Made by a program: the position numbers and the translations under genes. From the NCBI GenBank assembly GCA_012961845.1, contig DTYO01000281.1, positions 1 to 32,224 of the forward strand: a DNA stretch of 32,224 nucleotides, written 5' to 3'. Positions 6,789 through 15,192 of this stretch are shown here, in pieces; the first letter of the stretch is position 1; the number at the start of each line of letters is the position of its first letter. The notes under the pieces were generated by a model. It did no database searches. It was not told the DNA's origin and was given only the letters and a program-made list of their open reading frames with translations. This stretch comes from Thermodesulfobacteriaceae bacterium. Lineage in GTDB: Bacteria > Desulfobacterota > Dissulfuribacteria > Dissulfuribacterales > UBA3076.

Positions 6789-9749
6789 ATGGCCGCAGGA
6801 GACCGGATAAGAGAATATGTAAAGGCGCTCAAGAGGTCCCCTAGGATGGGAAGGCAGGTGGTATTCCACAGGGAGATTCCCGTCCGGCAGGCCAAGTTCG
6901 GAGATCTTGAAGCGCCGCTGGCAGAATGCGTTCAATCAATTATCCGGGCTTCGGGCATCTCGAGGCTGTATTCCCATCAGGCCGAGGCGGTAAACCTGAT
7001 CAGGTCGGGGCGGCACGTGGTGGTATCGACCCCGACTGCTAGCGGCAAGACCCTCATTTACAATCTTCCAGTTATTGAGCAGGCTCTGAACGATCCTTCG
7101 AGCCATGCCCTGTATCTTTTCCCCCTGAAGGCCCTGGCGCACGACCAGATGAAGACCCTTGGCAAGATGACTGCGGTGTTTCCCATGGAAGAGGCCCCGA
7201 CCTATGCCGCCTATGATGGAGACACCACTGCTTGGGAGAGGAAAAAAATCAGGGACATGCCGCCGAACATACTCCTTACCAACCCCGAGATGCTCCATCT
7301 CTCCCTCCTGGCCCATCATTCCGGGTGGAGCCGGTTCTGGAAGGGGCTTACCCACGTGGTGGTTGATGAGGTCCATACCTACAGGGGAGTCATGGGGTCG
7401 CACATGGCGTGGGTATTCAGAAGGCTGAAGAGGATCTGTGGAAAGTACGGGTCGGATCCTGTCTTCGTGTTCTGTTCGGCAACGGCTGGCAACCCGGGCG
7501 AGCTGACCTCTGAGCTTGCCGGAGTGGATGTGGATGTCGTGACCTCAAACGGAGCTCCGCAGGGCAGGAGGCATATTCTGTTTCTCAATCCTGATGAAGG
7601 CGCAGCCATGGCTGCCGTACAGCTGCTGAAGGCTGCCCTCCACCGCCGCCTCAGGACAATAGTCTATACACAGTCCAGGAAGATGACCGAGCTCGTGAGC
7701 ATTTGGACCTCCTGGCAGGCAAAGGATTTTTCAGACCGGATAGCCGCCTACAGGGCGGGCTTTCTGCCTGAAGAAAGGAGGACGATTGAAAAGAAGCTCT
7801 CAGATGGCACCCTTCTGGCGGTGATATCCACCAGCGCCCTGGAACTTGGGATCGATATAGGTGCTCTGGATCTGTGTATTTTGGTGGGATATCCGGGTAC
7901 GGTTGCAGCTACATGGCAGAGAGGCGGCAGGGTGGGGAGGGCTATGCAGGACTGCGCAGTGGTACTGGTGGCCCATGAGGACGCACTGGACCAGTATTTC
8001 ATGAGGAATCCCGACGATTTTTTGAAACGGCCGCCGGAGCCTGCCGTGATCAACCGCCACAATCCCGCAATCATGAAAAAGCACATACAGTGTGCCGCCT
8101 CGGAGACAGCCATCGGGACGGTGGAGCCGTGGCTGTCGGAAGGCCCGGTGGCCATGGCGGTATCGGAAATGGAATTTGAAGGTGCGCTGCTAAGGAGCAG
8201 AGAGGGCGACCGGCTCTTTTCTCCCAGAAAGATGCCTCACAGGCACGTGGACCTCCGGGGAACCGGAAGCCCTTTCCAGATCATAGACAGGACCTCCGGA
8301 AAGACTGTGGGCGATATAGATGGCATGAGAGCGTACCGGGAGACCCATCCAGGTGCTGTATATCTCCATCAGGGGATCCGTTACCTGGTGGACAGCCTGA
8401 ATCTGGAGATCCGGACAGTGGAAGTCTCTCCGGTAAAGACAGACTATTTTACAAGAGTGAGGGGCGCCAAGAGTACTGAGATAATGGAGGTGCTGGACAG
8501 AAGAACGGTATATGGAGCCGGGATGTGTTTTGGTACTCTCAGAATCCGTGATCAGGTGATCGGTTATGAAAGGAGGCACGTAAGGGGGCAGAGACTGCTC
8601 GGAAGGGTGCCGCTCGATCTTCCGCCCCAGGAGTTCGAGACACAGGGAATATGGGTGGAGATCCCTGATTCCGTGCAGAGAGCTGTAGAACATGCCAGGA
8701 TGCATTTTATGGGAGGCATACATGCCGTGGAGCATGCGGCCATCGGAATCCTCCCTCTCCTGGTGCTCACAGACAGGAATGATCTTGGCGGGATATCCAT
8801 ACCCTGTCACCCGCAGCTTGGAAAAGCGGCCGTGTTTGTCTATGACGGCATTCCTGGGGGGGTGGGGCTCAGCCGCATGGCCTATGAAAAGGGCGAGGAC
8901 CTGCTGAGACAGACTCTGTCGGCAGTGAGGGAATGCCGCTGTGAAGTGGGATGCCCGTCCTGCGTTCATTCACCCAAGTGTGGTTCGGGGAACAGGCCTA
9001 TAGACAAGGACGCCGCTGTCCATATCCTGGAGAGTATAGTTGATGGCAGCACTGGAAAGATGGTACGGTCGTCGGTCAGGGGGCGTTCGAGTGGCTCTGG
9101 AGATAGGACACAGGTGCCGGAGGAGGGGCGGAAGTGCCGGACGGAGACTCCGCCTGCAGGTTGGAGGCAGGATAAGGAAGACTGTGTTCACTTTGGCGTC
9201 TTTGATCTGGAGACTCAGCTTTCAGCACTAGAAGCCGGGGGCTGGCACAGGGCGGATCTCATGAAGATGAGCTGCGCCGTGGTGTATGACTCGGCCAATG
9301 ACGAATTCACGGAATACAGGGAGTCTGATATACAGGGCCTGCTGGATCACCTGGCCGGACTCGAGATGGTGGTCGGCTTCAACGTAAAACGATTCGACTA
9401 CAAGGTGCTCAGCGGATACAGCGGCATGGACTTCTGGAAGCTTCCCACCCTTGACCTGCTGGAAGATCTCCACAGGCAACTCGGTTACAGGCTGTCACTG
9501 GATCACCTGGCCAGGGTGACTCTGGGCATGTCAAAGAGCGCTGACGGCCTCCAGGCCCTGAAATGGTGGCGAGAGGGAAAGATACTGGAGATTATCGAAT
9601 ATTGCAGGCATGACGTGGAGATAACCAGGGAACTCTTTCTTTTTGGATGCAGAAACGGTTATCTGCTGTTCAGAAACAAGGCCGGACAGGATGTCCGTGT
9701 CCCTGTGAACTGGAGGGAAAAAATTACATGCGGGTCAGGAGGCTCCTGA
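6789..9749 (+). CDS. MrfA/YprA-like DEXH-box helicase with a DUF1998 (Zn-binding) domain and a fused C-terminal DEDD 3'-5' exonuclease domain
   Basis: 986-aa ORF. Walker A is TPTASGKT and the DEXH box is VVDEVH. Helicase C motifs are present (TSALELGIDIG, QRGGRVGR). A DUF1998-type Cys cluster is present (ECRCEVGCPSCVHSPKCGSGNRPIDK). A low-complexity linker follows, then the exonuclease motifs listed in the next feature. Confidence 0.9.
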   Translation: MAAGDRIREYVKALKRSPRMGRQVVFHREIPVRQAKFGDLEAPLAECVQSIIRASGISRLYSHQAEAVNLIRSGRHVVVSTPTASGKTLIYNLPVIEQALNDPSSHALYLFPLKALAHDQMKTLGKMTAVFPMEEAPTYAAYDGDTTAWERKKIRDMPPNILLTNPEMLHLSLLAHHSGWSRFWKGLTHVVVDEVHTYRGVMGSHMAWVFRRLKRICGKYGSDPVFVFCSATAGNPGELTSELAGVDVDVVTSNGAPQGRRHILFLNPDEGAAMAAVQLLKAALHRRLRTIVYTQSRKMTELVSIWTSWQAKDFSDRIAAYRAGFLPEERRTIEKKLSDGTLLAVISTSALELGIDIGALDLCILVGYPGTVAATWQRGGRVGRAMQDCAVVLVAHEDALDQYFMRNPDDFLKRPPEPAVINRHNPAIMKKHIQCAASETAIGTVEPWLSEGPVAMAVSEMEFEGALLRSREGDRLFSPRKMPHRHVDLRGTGSPFQIIDRTSGKTVGDIDGMRAYRETHPGAVYLHQGIRYLVDSLNLEIRTVEVSPVKTDYFTRVRGAKSTEIMEVLDRRTVYGAGMCFGTLRIRDQVIGYERRHVRGQRLLGRVPLDLPPQEFETQGIWVEIPDSVQRAVEHARMHFMGGIHAVEHAAIGILPLLVLTDRNDLGGISIPCHPQLGKAAVFVYDGIPGGVGLSRMAYEKGEDLLRQTLSAVRECRCEVGCPSCVHSPKCGSGNRPIDKDAAVHILESIVDGSTGKMVRSSVRGRSSGSGDRTQVPEEGRKCRTETPPAGWRQDKEDCVHFGVFDLETQLSALEAGGWHRADLMKMSCAVVYDSANDEFTEYRESDIQGLLDHLAGLEMVVGFNVKRFDYKVLSGYSGMDFWKLPTLDLLEDLHRQLGYRLSLDHLARVTLGMSKSADGLQALKWWREGKILEIIEYCRHDVEITRELFLFGCRNGYLLFRNKAGQDVRVPVNWREKITCGSGGS
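9186..9746 (+). other. RNase H-fold DEDD (Y-x3-D type) exonuclease domain, YprB/PolB-exo-like, at the C-terminus of the helicase
   Basis: Exo I is FDLET, Exo II is GFNVKRFD and Exo III is YCRHD. They occur in the expected order and spacing within the last 187 or so residues. Confidence 0.7.
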
Positions 9750-10638
9750 TCCTCCCCACGAGGAGCCTCCACGGATGAAACGTTACCGGGATAAGTCTTT
9801 TCGGAATTCTGAATCCTGCTACCTCCAATTGTTTCGGGCGATCCAGCGTGAATCGCAGCTCTTCAAGAAAGGAGCCGGGAAGCATCCTCTTCCGGGATTC
9901 GGACCAGAGAGGGACCTGTTCCGGCTTCAGGCCGAGGATGGAATAGACTGCGGTGTCCAGTGCCGCCGGACTTTCCGAAGCCCCCATGACCTGCATGGGG
10001 AACGGATCTCCTGTCCGGGGGCCGGTCCTATCCATGGCTGTAACGGCATCTACAACGCAGAATTGTCTGGGCAGGAATTGATGGATTTCCAGTATCAGAC
10101 TCTCGAACATGTTCGATACATCGCCGTACCTGCAGTGGGAAAGTGCCTTTCTGAATCCGCTGATACAGCCGAAAAGATTCTTGACTGCACAAGTGATCCT
10201 CATCTGGCTGTGCGCCTTCAGCTTCGGGATGTTGATTATCAGGTCCGCTTCCATGGCGTGCCTGGAGATGCCAGCCCTGATCCTGCATGGAAGAACGACA
10301 GGCACTGGACTTCCAAGCGTGATGATCTTTACGGGCAGCCCTCTGAGAGTAGTTTCAAGCCCGATGGTGGAGGCTACTTTCCGGGTGGTGCCGAATGCCG
10401 GTGAATCCCCCACGGTTACAATGGCCCCTGATTCCAGCAGGTATTCACAGACTCCTCTCACTATCTCGGGATGCGTTGTAGCCAGGCAGTTGCCGGGAAC
10501 GACCAGATTCGGTTTCACAAGGACCCTTGCCGTTTTCCCCACATTGAATTCCAGAGATTCAAAGAGGTGTCTCACAGTCTGTCTTACCTGGGGTCTGTGA
10601 TAGGCCGGGACCTTGCACAGGGCTACCGAAATTTTCAT
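9724..10638 (-). CDS. DUF362 domain-containing protein
   Basis: 304-aa ORF with the DUF362-like N-terminal pattern (RVLVKPNLV...THPEIVRGVCEYLLESGA.VTVGDSP). Its 3' end overlaps the convergent helicase gene by 26 bp. Confidence 0.75.
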   Translation of the reverse strand: MKISVALCKVPAYHRPQVRQTVRHLFESLEFNVGKTARVLVKPNLVVPGNCLATTHPEIVRGVCEYLLESGAIVTVGDSPAFGTTRKVASTIGLETTLRGLPVKIITLGSPVPVVLPCRIRAGISRHAMEADLIINIPKLKAHSQMRITCAVKNLFGCISGFRKALSHCRYGDVSNMFESLILEIHQFLPRQFCVVDAVTAMDRTGPRTGDPFPMQVMGASESPAALDTAVYSILGLKPEQVPLWSESRKRMLPGSFLEELRFTLDRPKQLEVAGFRIPKRLIPVTFHPWRLLVGRIRSLLTRM

Positions 10639-10681
10639 TACCCTTCTAATAGTATCCTGATACGGCCCGGCAGTACAGGTT

Positions 10682-12313
10682 TTATCGGTCGAAGATCCTT
10701 TGTTTGATTTTATCTGACACCTCCCTGAGTTCCGGTATCCCCATCATGAAGGCGGTCAGGCCGTAACAGGCCATACCTGTCAGTATTGTAACCAAGACCT
10801 TGACTAGCTGGCCTAAAGGAGACGGGCTCTTCCCGAAAAGGCCGCTTATCCACCAGACCGCCGCACCCATCAGGCCTGATGCGGCCAAGATCTTTGCCAG
10901 AGAAAAGAACAGCCTTACTGCAGGAAATCCGCCCAACTTCCTGTAAAGAATTGCGGCAAGGAGAAGGAAATTGAGAATTATGCTCAAGGATGTGGAAAGC
11001 GCGATGGCCCTGTGCTGCAACAGCTTGATGGTTGCGAGAATTATACATATATTGGCGGCAACGGCAATAAAACTTCCTATGACAGGTATCCTAGTGTCAT
11101 CAAGCGCATAATAGACGGGCACGATGATTTTTACTGCAGAATATGCTAGCAGGCCTATGGAATAAAATTTCAGTGCCTGTGCAGTCATGAAGGTATCATA
11201 AGGAGAAAATCGGCCATGCTGATAGATCAGTCCGATCACTGGTTCCGCCAGCACCCAGAGACCGACCGCCGCCGGCGTGGTGAGCGCGAATGCCAGGGTA
11301 AGTGACGAGACGAGGGTTTCTCCTAGGATGGCTGAATTCCTGAGGGCGGCCTGGCGGGCGATTACGGGCAGAGTGGCCACTGACAGGGCTACACCGAAAA
11401 GGCCTATGGGAAATTGCATGAGTCTGAACGAGTAGTTGAGCCAGGCGACACTCCCTTCAGCACATCGGGAGGCAAAATTCGTGTTTATGAAGATATTTAT
11501 CTGTGTGGCGGAAAGACCGATTATTGCCGGGACTATCAGGCGTCCTATCCGCCGCAGACCGGGACACCTTAGATCTATCCTGAAGCCCGGTCTGAAGCCC
11601 TGCCGCAGCACAAGGGGAAGCTGAATCCCGAGCTGGGCCAGTCCGCCGAGGAGGGTTCCGACGGCCATTCCGAATATGGCAGGCAGCCCCCATCCGGGGA
11701 GCAGGAGGGCCAGTCCGCCTCCTATTGTGATGGAAGCCAGATTGAAACAGCTGGATGCAAAAGACGGAATAAAAAAATATCCCCTGGTGTTGAGTATGCC
11801 CATGAACAGGGCGGAAACAGAAATGAACAGGAGAAAGGGAAACATTATTATGGTCAGTTCCTTGGTGAGAAGGACTTTGCCTGGAATGTCCGCAAAATCC
11901 GGCGCAAGCAGGGTGACCAGCCGGCCTGCTGAGACCATCCCGATGATCACGATGATCGAAACCGTAACAGTCAGTACAGCAAGCACGTTGCTTACCAGCC
12001 GAAGCGTGTCTTCCCTGGACCTTTTCTGTTCGTATTCTGTAAAGACCGAGACAAACGCTGCGCTCAGTGCGCCTTCTGCAAACAGGTCTCTCAGGAGATT
12101 GGGAATGCGGTAAGCTACAACGAAGGCGTCCATGGCGGTTCCTGCACCGAAGAGACCTGCCAGGACCTGCTCTCTCAGAAGACCCAGGATACGCGAAAAG
12201 AATACGGCTATGCTCACGGATCCGGCGGATCTGGCAAGGCCGGCGGATGAGCCCGCCTTTTCTCCGGGTATGGACCGGCTTTTCCGGCTCAATTTGTCCT
12301 TATGATTCTCCAC
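10682..12313 (-). CDS. murJ: lipid II flippase MurJ (MviN family)
   Basis: 543-aa polytopic membrane protein with a MurJ-like N-terminus (FFSRILGLLREQVLAGLFGAG...DAFVVAYRIPNLLRDLFAEGALSAAFV). Its start overlaps the upstream gene by 25 nt. Confidence 0.92.
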   Translation of the reverse strand: MENHKDKLSRKSRSIPGEKAGSSAGLARSAGSVSIAVFFSRILGLLREQVLAGLFGAGTAMDAFVVAYRIPNLLRDLFAEGALSAAFVSVFTEYEQKRSREDTLRLVSNVLAVLTVTVSIIVIIGMVSAGRLVTLLAPDFADIPGKVLLTKELTIIMFPFLLFISVSALFMGILNTRGYFFIPSFASSCFNLASITIGGGLALLLPGWGLPAIFGMAVGTLLGGLAQLGIQLPLVLRQGFRPGFRIDLRCPGLRRIGRLIVPAIIGLSATQINIFINTNFASRCAEGSVAWLNYSFRLMQFPIGLFGVALSVATLPVIARQAALRNSAILGETLVSSLTLAFALTTPAAVGLWVLAEPVIGLIYQHGRFSPYDTFMTAQALKFYSIGLLAYSAVKIIVPVYYALDDTRIPVIGSFIAVAANICIILATIKLLQHRAIALSTSLSIILNFLLLAAILYRKLGGFPAVRLFFSLAKILAASGLMGAAVWWISGLFGKSPSPLGQLVKVLVTILTGMACYGLTAFMMGIPELREVSDKIKQRIFDR

Positions 12314-14655
12314 CTTGCACCAGAAGGGGTATCCATGACCTCTACCCCTGATTCGAGGAGCTTCCTGCGTATCCGGTCTGCCCGGTCCCAGTCACCAGAC
12401 TTCCTGGCCTCCTCCCTGTCACGGATCAGCTCCTGGAGCTCCAGTGAAAGTTCGGCTCCTGCGGCCGGTATGTGAATACATGCGAGAACGCGGTCTGCTT
12501 CTCTCAGAGTGTCCAGGATTCTGGCGGCATCTTCAGGCGGAAGCCTGCCCTCGGAAATGACAGGATTTATCTGACGAACAAGACTGAATATGGCGCCCAG
12601 GGCCCTTGAAATGTTGAGGTCGTCATTGATGGCAGAGAAAAATTCATCCTGCATCCTGAGAGCCGCTTCCTCCAGGTCGTGTACAGCTTTCATGGGAGCG
12701 TCCGTGCCGGAGGTGACGGCATGGAGATCGGCCGCAAACTGGTCGAGCCTGGCAAGCGCTTTGACAGATTCTTCCAGATGTTCATACGAGAAGTTGAGAG
12801 GTTTTCTGTAATGGGTCCGCAAAATGAAAAACCTCACCTGCCTGCCTGTAAAACCCTTTTGTTCAAGGTCTCTCAGGCTTACCACATTGCCGGAGGACCG
12901 GGACATCTTGCTTCCGTCCACCATGACAAGCTCACTGTGGATCCAGGTACGGGCCAGGTGGTTTCCTGTCAGAGCGGCTGCCATTGCGATTTCATTTTCG
13001 TGATGCGGGAATATAAGGTCGCAGCCGCTGGTGTGTATGTCAAAGAATTCACCCAGGTACTTCATTGCCATGGCAACACATTCTATGTGCCATCCCGGCC
13101 TGACCCTGCCCCACTCGGTATCGAATCCAAGGCCCTTCTTGAGTTCATCCAGTGTAACCCGCTTGAACAGGGTGAAATCCACCGGACTGTCCTTGTCATA
13201 ATCGTCCAGGTCAACGGTTCGGCCGATGTCTATGCCGGACAGGTCCACCCGTGACAGGCGTCCGTAGGAAGGCAGTTTGGATATGTCGAAATATACGGAG
13301 CCGTGCTTTACGTATGCATATCCTGAGGCGACCAGCTTTTCGGCCATTTCTATCATGGCGTCCACATGTTCACTGGCCCTCGGATAGCACGATGCCGGCA
13401 TGACGTTGAGGGATGATACGTCTTCGAGAAAGGCCCGGGCATAATAATCAGTCAATTCACCGATGTCTCGTCCCATGGCTGAAGCAGCCCTGATGGTCTT
13501 GTCGTCCAGGTCGGTGATGTTCATCACATGAGTGCACTCATAACCCTGATATTCCAGGGTGCGTCGGAGCAGGTCGGCAACCACCACCCGTCTGCAGAGA
13601 CCGAGATGTGCATATTCATATGCAGTGGGGCCGCACGAATATATGCCCGCCTTTTCAGGATGGATTGGTTCAAAGACTTCTTTCTTGTGCGTAAAGGTGT
13701 TGGTGAGCCTCAGGACTGCGGAGTTTTTTTCCTCTTCGGTTTCATGGTCGGCAAAAAGACTTGTGCTCAGGTAGCGTTCCCCACCGTCGGGAAAGATTAC
13801 CACTATTACCCCCTGTCCGAGGCGTGTCGCCTCTCTGACGGCCGACACCATTGCCGCACCGGAACTCATGCCTACAAAAAGGCCTTCCTCCCTGGCGAGC
13901 CTCCGGGTCATTTCAAAGGCCTCGTCATCGTGAACATTGACGATTTCGTCTGGGACGTGCTTGTCGAATATTCCAGGCCTGTATGATTCCTTCATATTCT
14001 TCAGGCCCTGGATACTGTGGCCTAGATACGGTTCAACGCCGATTATGCGGACTCCGGGAGCCAGCTCGCGGAATCGCTTGGTCAAACCCATCAGGGTGCC
14101 GGTGGTGCCCATGGTGGCCAGGATGGAGTCTACCCTGCCTCCGGTCTGTTCCCAGATTTCCATGGCGGTTCCCTGGTAATGGGCCTTCCAGTTGTCAGGA
14201 TTGTTGAACTGGTCGATGGCGCAGTATCTGTCAGGATGTTCTAGGGCAAGCTGGTAAACCGCCTCTATGGCCCCGTCCGTTCCCTTGCGGGCAGGGGTCA
14301 GCAGTATGTCTGCGCCGAAGGCGCGCATGATCTGTCTTCTTTCCAGACTTGCGGCTTCACTCATGGCTATCAGGCAGCGGTATCCCTTCACCGCTGCCAC
14401 CATGGCCAGTCCGATTCCGGTATTGCCGCTGCTTGCCTCCAGGATTATCCTGCCCCTGGTCAAATCGCCTCTCTGCTCTGCTCCCTCTATCATGGAAAGA
14501 GCGATCCTGTCCTTGATGGATCCACCTGGGTTGAAACACTCCATCTTGGCCAAGATGGTAACCCCCTGACATGGATTGAGCCGGTTGATTTTGATAAGAG
14601 GAGTGCGGCCTATGGCCTCCAGTATATTGGCTGCAATCGATAATTTCTCAGGCAT
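12289..14655 (-). CDS. fusion protein: PLP-dependent cysteine synthase (CysK/CysM-like) followed by a full-length cysteinyl-tRNA synthetase
   Basis: The N-terminal module (about 13756-14655) has the PLP lysine motif NPGGSIKDR, SSGNTG, GTTGT and GMSSGAA. After the linker ADHETEEEKNSAV, a complete CysRS (about 12292-13713) follows. It has CGPTAYEY, GWHIECVAM, FPHHENEIA, KMSRS and the conserved C-terminal tail. The HIGH signature reads HLGL. I take the start at the ATG at 14655 (MPEKLS); the ORF track extends to 14742. Confidence 0.9.
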   Translation of the reverse strand: MPEKLSIAANILEAIGRTPLIKINRLNPCQGVTILAKMECFNPGGSIKDRIALSMIEGAEQRGDLTRGRIILEASSGNTGIGLAMVAAVKGYRCLIAMSEAASLERRQIMRAFGADILLTPARKGTDGAIEAVYQLALEHPDRYCAIDQFNNPDNWKAHYQGTAMEIWEQTGGRVDSILATMGTTGTLMGLTKRFRELAPGVRIIGVEPYLGHSIQGLKNMKESYRPGIFDKHVPDEIVNVHDDEAFEMTRRLAREEGLFVGMSSGAAMVSAVREATRLGQGVIVVIFPDGGERYLSTSLFADHETEEEKNSAVLRLTNTFTHKKEVFEPIHPEKAGIYSCGPTAYEYAHLGLCRRVVVADLLRRTLEYQGYECTHVMNITDLDDKTIRAASAMGRDIGELTDYYARAFLEDVSSLNVMPASCYPRASEHVDAMIEMAEKLVASGYAYVKHGSVYFDISKLPSYGRLSRVDLSGIDIGRTVDLDDYDKDSPVDFTLFKRVTLDELKKGLGFDTEWGRVRPGWHIECVAMAMKYLGEFFDIHTSGCDLIFPHHENEIAMAAALTGNHLARTWIHSELVMVDGSKMSRSSGNVVSLRDLEQKGFTGRQVRFFILRTHYRKPLNFSYEHLEESVKALARLDQFAADLHAVTSGTDAPMKAVHDLEEAALRMQDEFFSAINDDLNISRALGAIFSLVRQINPVISEGRLPPEDAARILDTLREADRVLACIHIPAAGAELSLELQELIRDREEARKSGDWDRADRIRRKLLESGVEVMDTPSGARWRIIRTN

Positions 14656-14713
14656 GGCCCTTTTGTTCCGGTAGCGTGTGCTTTTTTTCAGGATGATTGA
14701 TTGATACCTGCCC

Positions 14714-14742
14714 AACATAAAGACAGTGGCATTTCTTGACAA
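14714..14742 (-). promoter_or_regulatory. candidate sigma70-type promoter for the cysK-cysS fusion gene
   Basis: The minus strand reads TTGTCA, a 17-nt spacer, then TATGTT, about 60 nt upstream of the ATG at 14655. This is a pattern match only. Confidence 0.3.
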
Positions 14743-14903
14743 GAGCCATTTGGTTGATCACAGTATAGACGGGCATATGACACAGCTCGAAATCGTACCT
14801 CCGGCAGACCGGCCTTCACAGGGCAATGCATCTGCAGTGGTGGCTCCGGGCGGTCAGGAGTTCTGCAGCACCAAGCGAAGGCTTGCAGCTCAGGAGGTCG
14901 TGT

Positions 14904-14916
14904 TGAATTAAATTCA
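14904..14916. promoter_or_regulatory. perfect 13-bp palindrome TGAATTAAATTCA (candidate operator)
   Basis: Seen directly in the divergent intergenic region between the cysK-cysS fusion and the glgA-like gene. No known regulator is assigned. Confidence 0.2.
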
Positions 14917-15011
14917 GAGAATAATTCCGTGAACAGTTAATTGACGGGCCGGGTACCGGATCGACTTCGGGGTCGTGTAAGTCTGACGAACTTTGAGCCC
15001 GGACAGCGTGA

Positions 15012-15153
15012 GGCACCTTCGAGGATGTCCTGATGGCCTGTAACTGTGTTGCACACAGGAAATAATCCTCGAAGAAATATCACTCACATGCCTGTGGTTA
15101 TTTTTGTTGTGCGCTTTGTTCCGGAACAAGATTCCTGATTATTAGTGGTGTCC
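15012..15153 (+). repeat. MITE-like interspersed repeat, family 2, copy R1 (about 140 bp)
   Basis: It shares a core with 25074-25212 (reverse orientation) and 32020-32155. The core is aatcctcga..atatcact.cat.g.ctg.ggttatttt followed by the palindrome ttgttccggaacaa and cctgatt. The ends are inverted GG.CACC-type termini. Confidence 0.75.
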
Positions 15154-15192
15154 ATGAAACAGAGACGGCGGTACATGGAAAAAAATCTTCGA

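Noticed and set aside
6789-9749. Reading the helicase plus DUF1998 protein as part of a DISARM or Druantia-like defence system.
   Set aside because: The flanking genes are a decayed pst operon on one side and DUF362/murJ on the other. No methyltransferase, PLD nuclease or other large defence genes are nearby. The N-terminus and domain order match the housekeeping MrfA/YprA family.
9724-9749. The 26-bp convergent overlap of the helicase and DUF362 3' ends, and the 25-nt overlap of the cysK-cysS stop with the murJ start at 12289-12313.
   Set aside because: Both are compatible with compact gene packing. Neither shows any additional signal such as a slippery site or a conserved hairpin. They are recorded but not considered informative.
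14656-14742. The extended N-terminus of the cysK-cysS ORF (start at 14742), and the 10-12-nt match of ccggaacaaaag near 14660-14672 to the family 2 repeat core.
   Set aside because: The extension (MSRNATVFMLGRYQSIILKKSTRYRNKRA) has no homology to CysK N-termini and would overlap the predicted promoter. The short match could be chance at this window size.
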